Position numbers and translations under genes: made by a program. A stretch of DNA of 64,000 nucleotides from Lepidodermella squamata. Taxonomy: Eukaryota; Animalia; Gastrotricha. The notes beneath the pieces are model-generated. The model saw only the letters and a list, made by a program, of their open reading frames with translations, searched no databases and was not told the DNA's origin. The DNA lies in the NCBI GenBank assembly GCA_047495785.1, contig JBLDXI010000015.1:744001-808000 (forward strand). Direction: 5' to 3'. Positions 51,901 to 62,199 of this stretch are shown one piece after another; positions within the stretch are counted from its first letter, which is position 1; every line of letters starts with the position of its first letter.

Positions 51901-54900
51901 TAAAAATCCACACTGAATCCGGGAAATGACCATTGCTTGAAAAATTTATGATCGTTACAAAATTGAAATTCAGATTTTTTTACAAAAAATCGGGAAAAAC
52001 TTTTTCCATTTTTGTTTTTGAGAAATTTAGAATTTCGATTTTGCTAATTAGCGAAATTATACAAATTAACTGTGCCTAATTCCATGGTTTTTGGATGTGT
52101 CGAAAATATAGGTTTACAGCCAACAATTGTACCTGTACAAATCAGTTTTCTGGTCGTAATTGCCGCCGGAGAGAATTTCCGGCGAGATGAAATAAGACGT
52201 GCCAACGACGAATTCGTCCGGGAAGGCGCCCGTCGACGGCGTCATCGGGTCCCCGGCGCCCAGGCCGTGCTGCGGCGTCGGCACGTGCAGGGCGTACAGC
52301 TGGTCGGGCGACACGGCGATGAGGCTGTTCTGCCGCAACGACAGCTGCTGCTTCTTCGAGTGCATCGCCAGGCCGAAATCGCCGATTTTCACGCGGTCTT
52401 CCGATGTCAGAAATATGTTGTTTGGCGTCAGGTCGCGATGGATCATTCCCTTAACAAATAAGAAACAGATTATTTCATGCATGATTCATCATGATGCATG
52501 GAGGAATCACATTTAATATATTTTGTCCTGTCAGAAAATTTCTTAAAAATTTTGGATAGAATTTAGCAAATAAGGAAATAAAACTGGTATCGATTAACCG
52601 ACTAACCGAAAATAATCACTAAAAACTATTTAAAAAAAATCAATTTGTACCAGATTTTCTATCCAGTTCCCTTGGGACTGAGTAAAAAAGGTGGTTGAAA
52701 AAAGTAAAATAGGATTTTTCAAAGTTAAAATAAAATTTAATCATTGAATATTGGGAGTATATTTTTGCCAGCTAAATCCATTTTTGTCAGCTAAATTTGG
52801 CCAATCGCGTAAAATGCGCCATCCGTAAATTTGGAATCTCCCGAGCCGGAACATGATCAGGTTGACGGCACAGGTGACAATGAATCCGTGGTCGAAGATT
52901 ACCCGCCATTCGCACGGAATTTCCTGGCTAAGCCTCTCTCCCAAGCACTCAATCAAGGTGATGAAAACTACAACGGCAACAACTGAGAACTGAGGCATCC
53001 TTGGAAAGATACGACAACTGACAGTAGCTAATCCTAATCATCAGTCCCTTTCGCAACCGAAGTCAACCTTCGTTGCATTCGAGCCTAGCATCCTGAATGC
53101 TGAACTACATCAACACGATCGCGAAAAATTTGATTTGCAAGTAAGCAAGTTCAACTACCTGACCCCGACGAGGAATGCAGATAACGAATGTCCCTTCGAC
53201 GGAAGGTTACGGAAGGATATTAGCTGAATTAAACAGGGCCTCAGGCATTTTCACTATTAAAGCTGCCGAAGAAGCCCGACTACGACAGCGATTCAGAACG
53301 TTTCAATCAATGCGGCTGAATCCTGAACGCCACCGCAATGCTGGACTCCTTTGCAATTTGCCGCCCATCAAGGTGGAGAGCTATGCCAAAAACGTAGACC
53401 TCAACTTAACGACCAGCTTTATTAACATACAAAAGGCGAAAACAGTTCGTCGCATGCTAAATGAACCTCAAAAATGAAATTTTCATGCCGAATTCGATTC
53501 AACTTATGCACTATTATGCCCTTGTGATATCCATTAATAAACACGTTGGTCAGTCAATAAGCCTTCATAAAAGTAAAAAGCTTTTTGGTAGGGTCAGCTA
53601 GCGTTAAGAATTGAAAAATGAAATGTAATAAAGTGTGGTTGCTGACGAAAGAATATCAAATCTGAATATTTATGGACAATAAATCGCACACAATCAGTGA
53701 GAACAGAAAACATGATCAGTGAGAACATAAAATAAACGAGAAAATGCTGACAATAATTAATCAAAAATTATACCATTTTTCCAGCGGTTGAACTAATCAC
53801 TATAAACGTGAGGTGGCTCAAATGAAAACAATGATTAGAATGACTATAACGGCACCTAACGCCGCCAGGCCTAGGAATACGATGATAGTAATAACCCAAG
53901 CACTTAACGCAGCCATAATTTCATTCACTCATAGCAATAAATTGAAAAATTGGGGCCAATTAAATGAAATTCTCTCAAAATCACGTGACTGTTAAAACTA
54001 GAATCCATAACTATGCGCAATGAAAATGAAATGAAAAATTCCCAATTTAATTTTGGATTTAAGCGTTGAATTACTGCCACGAGTTTGTTGTAAAAATAAT
54101 TCAAATACCTTGGTTTAAAAATCATTTCTAGCCGGCCGGTGGACTACTAGTAGTCGATGAATTATTGTTATCCATACTGACGATAGCAAGAACGATCAGC
54201 GCGACAATTAGCAGGAATAAAATGACGGGAATAAGCACGAGCAGTATAACAGTACACGTGCAACAACTTTGAGCTTCTTCGCCCATTTTGTAAAATTGGA
54301 TCGAAATATATTTTAGACAACAAAGTCGAAAGTATGAAATGAAATTGTAAAAAATGTTGATGTTCTGATTCGAGTGCAATGAACTAAAATGCTACTTAGG
54401 ACACGAATAGCTGAGTTGCTTTAGCGAGCAGGTGTTTTCAGTCGCGTGCCGAATTTACGCACTCAACACGGTTATAGTAATAAAATAGGGCGAAAAAATG
54501 GCGCCATATTGGTTGGAGGAAAATAATGCTAAATACGGGAAATCAGAAATAGCCTCTTCGGCTAAAAAGTCAGATGGACAAACAACATTGCCAAATATTC
54601 AACACCTACAACCATACAAAATTTGTTAACTCATTTTTATCGGAATTAAAATTTAAAATTTAAAGAGTTCGAATAATAAAATTTCATAAATCTGGAGAAA
54701 TATTTAATTCGATTTATTAGCAACGCCAAATGCTCGAAAATTGAACTGACCTTGAACATCGTTGCGGGTCAAATTAAAATTGGTAATAAAACGGTAAAAC
54801 ATGGTGTAATAAAATATCGATTAGTTGTTCGAAATTCAAGTTTAGTATTGAGTGTTCGACGACGGGTTGAATTCGGTATCGTAATTGGCACTCGGCGTCG

Positions 54901-57900
54901 ACGTGTCGTAGTTAGTAAGAACTAATACAAGCGCTATTGTAGCAGCTACTATAATTATAGGCACTATAACCAGTGCCGCTATCGCACAGCCGCTCATTCC
55001 TGACATTTTTGTTTTTGAAAAATTGGAATTTTTTTTCAATTCAACTGAGGTGGGATAACGCGACGGCGCGTGTATCAAACAACAGAACGCGTGCCTGGAA
55101 AAAGTTTTTCAGAAATTAAACCAACCTTTTTTAATCATTGCGAAGCATTGATAATGCCCAAAACGATGAGGGCTATAATGCCGAGGGCGATAACGATCGC
55201 AATAACAACGATTATAGTTATGACACATGTGCATGTTGCGCAGGCATCGGCCATTCGAATTGCGAATTATTCAGTTTGTGGCAGTGAGGTAAAAATTACG
55301 AAAAAATAAATTAACGTTAAAATTGAGTAAAAATATTAGGTAAAATTGCTCAGCCGCTGGTCGCTACGATTATGATAACAATCACAGCACCTAGGGCTAC
55401 GACTCCCAACAGGGTGATTACGGTGATTTCACAACCATCAAGGTTGGACATGTTAAATTGTTGGCATGTGGGAGATGAAAAAAAAAATTGGAAAAATTCT
55501 TAACGTGACGGTGTTTCATGTACACGTGCGCGAAAAACGCTCAGGACGACACGCGATGAAAAAATCGCGTGCTTTATTTTTTATTTGATAAAAAAGAGCT
55601 GAGAAAAATACCTTGCCATTAAAGACTCATGATCAGGAAAATGATTAGAGCGATAATGCCGAGACATATTACAATGGGAACGACTATTATCACAACTAGA
55701 ACAGCAGTCGCAATACCAGCCATGATTTCATCGCAAAAATTCTGACCCGAAAAAATGATATCTCGATTTCGAAAAATCATTTTCGATTCTTTAATTGCCA
55801 AATCACGCGACATGAAATTTTAATGACGAATACTTAGTTGGTTGTTTTTAGAAAATTCAAATTTTAGCTTCCATCGAATTTTAAACAGCCAAAAATCAAA
55901 CCTGTTTATGGATGTAGGCCAGCGCTTCGACGATTTGTTTGAACAGGATCCAAGCCCGTTTTTGGCCATCGGCGAGTTCTGAATCCGTTTGCAAGTCCGA
56001 TTTCGGGCTCGCAAACAACACGCCGCTGTCGATTAATTGCCGCAAGGTTCCTTCGCACAATTCCTAGGTGAAACATTTGTTAAATTTAACAATCAATTTC
56101 AAATATATGTTACCTGTGGTCTCCTAATATTAGTAGTAAAAATGGATTATTTTAGCGTAGAAAACATTTTTCTAAGAGAAATTTTAATGGGAGTAATTAC
56201 GGCATTTATATTGCTATTGAAATTAAAATTGGCTTTGTATTGCTATCAACATTTCCTTTGCCTCCAAAATTGTCTGAACTTCTCATTCTAAATATTCCGT
56301 TATTTTAAATGGATCCATTGGCAACTTTCCATCGCATGTATCTTTCTAAAGAAGAAGTCCTTCATATTTTACACACCTATTCGAACGACGTAATCGAAGT
56401 TCGCAGTAAATTCGATGCCATTACAACGGGTGAGCAAAGCTCCACCTTTAAATAAATGACTACAGTAGTGACCAAATTTTTGTTTTCTTGATTTATTATT
56501 TTAAATAATCAAGTTGTATTTCACGTCTGTAAATATTAAATGTGAGCTCGGCAATATCGTCAAAAAGCGAGAGTCCGCCATTCAAGCCAGGAATGATTTG
56601 GGACGTCGATCCTCTCCAGTTGCAGGCCGGAACGTACCATTACGCCATTAAACACCTCGAACCGGACGTCAAGTTTCTGCCGAAATTTCCGCCCATTATT
56701 CAGTGCATGATGGGCTCGTCAACAAACTTCCAGCGGGTGGACCGGATGTTCATCTCACATATCTCACTAGCTATCTCGGCAGTACAGATGCTCGGCCGGA
56801 AGCATATCACGGTAGGACTTCGATACCGGGCCAGGTGATCGCCCTCTTCCCCACAGGTTTCGAAAGGAATCAGAAGCTCCATAGTGTGGACAGTGTGGAT
56901 ATACGGATATATAAAGTACGACGACGACACTTTTTCAAGATATATCCTTTAAAAATGCCTGAAATGCACTAGCGGTTCCATTTGCTGCTTTTCGCCTCCG
57001 CAAGTGTACCTGAAAACGACCAGCTCGACGACAGGGTAGCAGGAGCCGCGGTATCGGCCGCGGCAATGAATTCACCTGGAATGATCGCCGTCATAGCCTA
57101 GGTCCGAGAAAAATCGATATTTCTCGAGTGGTGTGTCATATTTACGTGCCATATCGCGCGAATAGTTACAAAAAATACGCCAAATTAAGCAATAATCCAT
57201 GAGAAGTTTGGTCCTTGCTATTTCTCTAGAAATGCAGCAGCGATCGACCAGTTCTGCGCTACGATTTTAGCCTACAACAGCCAGTGCTACAAACCACGGC
57301 TTCATTTGTCTGACTGAGACGAAACAAGCCATACGCGCATGAAGCGAAAGAATGGGAAGGAATCAGCGGTTTTCATCTTGGGTACACCAATGACAATACA
57401 CTCTGACAACTAACAAGAATTCGTGAACGAAATCATTCGAGAACTAGGTACGATGTGGCCCAGGGAAATTATGTCTCCGTAAAGTCGAGGATGAATCGTC
57501 CAAAAAATGATGGCAAATTCCGCATATTTTTGCAATTTTGCAGGAAAAATTCGGCCGGCGCATGAGGTAACATAATTTCCTGAATCAATTGAATTTAAGG
57601 CACGGACAAGGCATGTAACTGCCAACAAAATCTGTTACATCATTAGCTAATAATTGACTATTTTAGCTACCTGGTATCATCATTAGCTAAGCAGAAAAAT
57701 ATTGGCTCCCGAAATTTCTAATATCGGATTCGAAAATACAGATGGTATCAACGATTTTTCAATCATTTATTAATGCCTGATAATTTAGTCAAAACTGATG
57801 AGATATATAGCTAAATAGCCCAAGAATTTATCCTTACCATTTGAATGTAAAGGCACAACAAGTCACTTGAATGCGCCGAATCAGCCGCGCTGTCGTCATT

Positions 57901-60900
57901 TTCCGCCTTGTTTTTGTCTTTATCGCCGCCACCACCGACACTTCTCATCGATTTCGAATGCTCGAATGTAACAATATCCGACGTATCCGAGTCGAATTCA
58001 ATCGACTGCCGAGTTTTACTGGTGCTGTACTGAACCGACGACATTTTAAGATGGAACAGGCCCTGATCTTCAACAGAGCTATCATCGTCAGAGTCGTCTT
58101 CTTCGCTATCGTCTTCAATCGCCCATTCGTCGTCGGTAGCTGGTTCGGAATTGTCGCTGCTGTCGCTGACTGGAGGTGGGGCTTGAATATGGACGCCGAA
58201 ACTGACGGAAGACTCCTCAACTTGAGCATTTTTCGATAGAGAATCTTTCGATTTTCGAGGAGTTGCAACTGAAAAAAATTACGTTATTAAATATGACCTG
58301 GCTTGACGATGGATACTGACTGGTTTTTCAATTAGATTCGAATTCAAATATATTCGAAAGCTAACTGTAGGCTTGGAGATAAAATCAGAAGAAAAAACTT
58401 CACTCGTCAATAAATTAAAAAATTACGGAAAACTCTACAAAAAAAAGAATTTTTAATGCAATTTTTATGATGATTCTTAATTTCTCAATTTTTTAAGCAT
58501 GCAGAAGAATTTCTTAATAAAATTGTCCGAAACTATGATATCGCAAGATTTCAACTGAATTTAAAAATAAAACTCCCTGTTACATCATTTTTTTGTTAAA
58601 GCAAGATAGCTTAATGCTAATTTCTATCGATTACAAAAAATGAAATAAAAAGCGAAAGAATTTATAAAACTATCCGATTTCCGATTAAAATCTCGATTTT
58701 ACACATTTATTTGCTCAGTTCAATTTTTTTAATCTGAAAAATCCTCTCCTTATTTGAGATCAAGCCAGAAGAATGAAACCCATCTCAGCTACTATTTTCG
58801 CTTATCAATATTGTTTACTTGGCGTGTAAATCCTTAGTTCATGTGTATAAATAATACAAGAATTTATACAACGCTTACCGCTATCGTGCTGAGATGAACT
58901 CGTTGGACGAGGTGACGATGGCGAAAGCGTATCGTGCTTTCTCCGCTTTCTCGTTATCCTCACAATTTCTTGCCAGGCATTGTAATACCTCACGATATTG
59001 TCGTGATTCAGCCGTGACAGCAACTTCACCTCACGCAGAATCACTCGATTGAGCAATTGATCTCCAGTCGGTAACTGGACCCGTTTAATGGCGTATAAAC
59101 GGCCGTCAAGCTTATTTTGGGCCTTGAAACACTCGCCAAAACCACCTTTGCCCAATACAGCTAAAATTCTGAAGTCTTTATGCAGCCTCGAATCGGTTCG
59201 ATATTCCTCGGCTTCAATCGCCTGGTTTTCACTCGAGTCACTCGCTTGTTCAGAATCTGACGCATCCGACTCATCTTCATCGCTATCATCGTCCGCCTTA
59301 AATTCTTTCGCTAGGCTGATTTTTTGGTCAAAGTTCTGCTCGGTTCTCTGGGTTAAGAACGGCGATTGAAGGACAACGTTAATATGAGGCCGGTCGCCTT
59401 CTTTATCAGTGATGAGCGAATTTACGAAACTGACCAGCGATTCGTTTTGAATCGATGCGACTGTCAAGGGTTTAACTAAACTGGAATTCGGGAAAACACC
59501 GCCAGTTGCCATGAAATAAACGCAACAACCATAGAGAAATATGTCGGTTTTCTTCGTATCCTTCAGCCGCTTCGTAAATTTCAGCCGAGAATCGATAGTT
59601 TTACCACGAACTGAACTCGGAATCGATTCAGCGACCACTTTTCCGACTGAATGGAGAATTAACGACACGTGATCGTGAGATAGCGATATGAAAACTAGTT
59701 CAGGAATCAAAAATCGATGTAGAACGTTGTGTTGATGCAAAAACGATATTGCCTGGGCAATTTGCAGTGATATTGACCGAATTTTATCAATTTGAAGCGG
59801 CTGCTTCACGTAGTCTGAGAGAAAAACTCCATAACCAGGGAAGTCGAACAACAACTGGAAGGACGACTCTAGATTCGAGACGGGAATAGACCGAAATGAC
59901 AGTAATCGGATTAAATTCTCACAATGCTGAGACACAGGTAAAGTTTGACGTAAAGCGTCAACTTCACGCTCAATAGCGTCGATAGACTTCGTGATTTGAG
60001 CCAAAGGAGTGAGAGGATCAACTCCGAATGTACCATTCAGCATCAAATAATTCTGGTCATGGCTGTTCAAGCAATGAGCAAGCTTCAACGACACACGATC
60101 TCCGAGCCAATTGTCTTTAATTTTGCCGAAAACTCGCACTTCGATTGATCTAGAGTCATGATTTTCGTAAAGAGTAAAATTGAGCACTCCTTCTGTATTC
60201 AACTTCTTGAATTTAACATCGTCGATGGTAGATGAGTCACTTCTAACCCTGGTTTTAGCAGCAATTTGACTGATATTAACGGGTAAGGATGATGTTGAGG
60301 CGGCTGCTACTATTAAAGAGCTAGGTCGCACATTCTTTGAGCCGTATTTAAGTTGATCGGCACGTTTCTTCGCTTCTTGGTCAATATCACGCCATTGCTG
60401 TTCTTCAGCATCGCGTTTTCGAACAGCCGCCGATTTCCGAGAGTCTTGATCGAGACGTAATAAATCCCGGGCTTTTTCCACCAAATCAAATATAACTGGT
60501 TCTCCGAGTCTCTCCCCGGCAAAATGCTCCAGATCAGCCCGAATTCGACTCAACAGCTCACTCGAAATATTTACCGGATTACAAATTTCCAGCATTGGCT
60601 TCCTAGAATTAATAATTGTATACAACGCATGGAAATTAGTAAATCACTCTTACTCTTTAACAGGGTAATTAGGAGGCAGTCTGAACCGGATGTCGAGTGA
60701 CATGGGCGGAAATCTTTCAGCGACGCCAACCGATGAAAGTTCTTCGATAGATATGCTAATTGAGAAATCAGCGCTGTTTGGATCTTGGTTTTGTGCATTA
60801 TTAGGTTCGTTAGATTCAGATATTCGCTTTCGCGATGCTTTCGTTGCCTTCCGCCACTCTCGATTGTCGTGAAATTCGTTAATGAATATGGATTTCAGCG

Positions 60901-60940
60901 TACCAACTTCCTCCTCCTGAAGTCGGCGCGCATCGTCCAT
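42971..60940 (-). CDS. EIF2AK4: eIF2-alpha kinase GCN2, ~1,935 aa, 8 exons
   Basis: Exons 60940-60654, 60602-58879, 58268-57838, 56063-55902, 52449-52133, 51350-50342, 47106-45709, 43450-42971 sum to 5808 nt in frame. RWD domain ([12 protein letters not shown]...PPNYP), pseudokinase, kinase (LGKGGFG, YAIKR, acidic insert, LYIQMELC, HRDL, DFG), HisRS-like domain ([21 protein letters not shown]) and C-terminal domain. Confidence 0.95.
44220..44665 (+). other. Endogenous viral element: toti-like (Ghabrivirales) dsRNA virus RdRp fragment in GCN2 intron 7
   Basis: [15 protein letters not shown] (44345-44389) and [12 protein letters not shown] (44460-44495) match totivirus-type RdRp motifs KxExGKxRAIYG and DY/FxDFNxQHS. 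A frameshift lies between them and a stop at 44640-44642. Confidence 0.8.
49110..49500 (+). mobile_element. Decayed CACTA/EnSpm-like (CMC) transposase remnant in GCN2 intron 6
   Basis: [52 protein letters not shown] fits the YG...T...H..xH.....xGP...S...F(E) pattern of animal EnSpm-like transposases. The surrounding 47300-50050 looks like broken coding sequence. No TIRs identified. Confidence 0.6.
53818..53916 (-). CDS. Single-TM microprotein A, 32 aa
   Basis: [41 protein letters not shown] at 53981-53989. Below the ORF track length cutoff. Confidence 0.65.
   Translation of the reverse strand: MAALSAWVITIIVFLGLAALGAVIVILIIVFI
54128..54286 (-). CDS. Single-TM microprotein B, 52 aa
   Basis: [58 protein letters not shown] start context. 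Motif in reverse orientation (GTCGCGTG) at 54441-54448. Confidence 0.7.
   Translation of the reverse strand: MGEEAQSCCTCTVILLVLIPVILFLLIVALIVLAIVSMDNNNSSTTSSPPAG
54842..55006 (-). CDS. Single-TM microprotein C, 54 aa
   Basis: [63 protein letters not shown] at 55056-55064. Confidence 0.7.
   Translation of the reverse strand: MSGMSGCAIAALVIVPIIIVAATIALVLVLTNYDTSTPSANYDTEFNPSSNTQY
55135..55254 (-). CDS. Single-TM microprotein D, 39 aa
   Basis: [39 protein letters not shown]. Shares CTC with B and LGIIALI with F. Confidence 0.68.
   Translation of the reverse strand: MADACATCTCVITIIVVIAIVIALGIIALIVLGIINASQ
55350..55451 (-). CDS. Single-TM microprotein E, 33 aa
   Basis: [33 protein letters not shown]. 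Shares [12 protein letters not shown] with A. TAACGTGAC at 55501-55509. Confidence 0.68.
   Translation of the reverse strand: MSNLDGCEITVITLLGVVALGAVIVIIIVATSG
55619..55723 (-). CDS. Single-TM microprotein F, 34 aa
   Basis: [43 protein letters not shown] at 55803-55811. Confidence 0.68.
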   Translation of the reverse strand: MAGIATAVLVVIIVVPIVICLGIIALIIFLIMSL

Positions 60941-62199
60941 GGATTTGAATCCGCTACTTGGTTAAAACTCTACAAAAAACATAAACGGACTAGATTGGAT
61001 GAAGATTGTTCAAGTCACGAAGATTGCGCTCGAAGTTATATGTAGAGGCACAGAAAAACTCTCAAAAATGACCAAACACAATACTTAATGGAAAGGGGAT
61101 AGCAGCCTTTGCAGATTCCACTAAAGTTCCATAATAATAATCAATGACAAACACAAAGCCTATAGCCCAATGTTAGCTGCTAGTCAGATTCTTGATAGGG
61201 TGAAACAAATAAAATACAATTCAAATATATCAGATTGATCAATCACATATAAGCAGACAATAACAGTAGAGGACAGCAGGAAACTTGATGACTTCGGGCA
61301 AGAAGGCAAGAAGGCAAGTGACACGGTTAATGAAAAGGATACGCGATTAAAGATCTAAATCGCATATTAGCTAAGAGCTGCAAACTCGGTAAATACGCGG
61401 CTTCATATTGCCTATTGGGAACCAATGGGGGTGCCGGTCGCCATCTTCCATCACTCTGCGGCTTCAGGGAGTGTCAACTTCAAGTCCCCAGAGGTTCAGT
61501 CAGCTGACTATCTTCATCGCGACTATTTTCGCGGAAAGTTTCATTCGACCTGAGTAAAATTGATATATCAAAAACACGTAAATATACTTTTTTCGCTTCT
61601 AATAAATATAAAATATATTGGATTGAATTTTTGGAACAATTCCAATCACACTATTAGCCGCATGTGATTATTAAAAAATAAAAAACACCGCGGGTGTCAC
61701 GTGCCACATTTTCGGATGTGGAATGCAACCGGCGTGACATTCAATAAACTCTCGGATCTCCTGTAGTTCTCTTTATGCCAAGAGCCTAACGAAGAAACTT
61801 TCGGAAGGTGATTTTATGTCAAAGTTATTTCACACTGCGCAAAATGTTCTCTGAATCTTAGCTGACCTGAACAGGACCTGGAATCACGACCTCGAACCGT
61901 GTCCTATGCCTTCGTAATCTGTCCTGCAATTATCTGTTTCGAATTTACCATTGTCAAGCTGGGCTCAAAGTTTCTAAATAAATGATTCAACACACTGACT
62001 CTGTATACCTGTGGAGACACAAACGAAAGAGCCAAATGAAAACAGATGTTTATTGTTAGAAAAACGTTAAATCAATTGCGTCAGGTATAAAAAGCTTTTA
62101 CAAAGAACCCACAAGAATATAAACCGCATCGTTACTTCAGCAGCCAACAATAACTACCATGAAGCGATTAGATCCAGGCGAAAGTTTCTTGTGGAAAAT

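Noticed and set aside
52741-52998. 85-aa ORF with a hydrophobic N-terminus as a seventh microprotein
   Set aside because: The hydrophobic run is short, the family motifs and upstream ACGYGAC are absent, and it is likely the antisense shadow of an acidic + strand frame.
61865-61945. tRNA-like T-arm (CACGG-TTCGAGG-TCGTG) on the minus strand
   Set aside because: No convincing acceptor, D or anticodon stems. At most it is a decayed SINE head.
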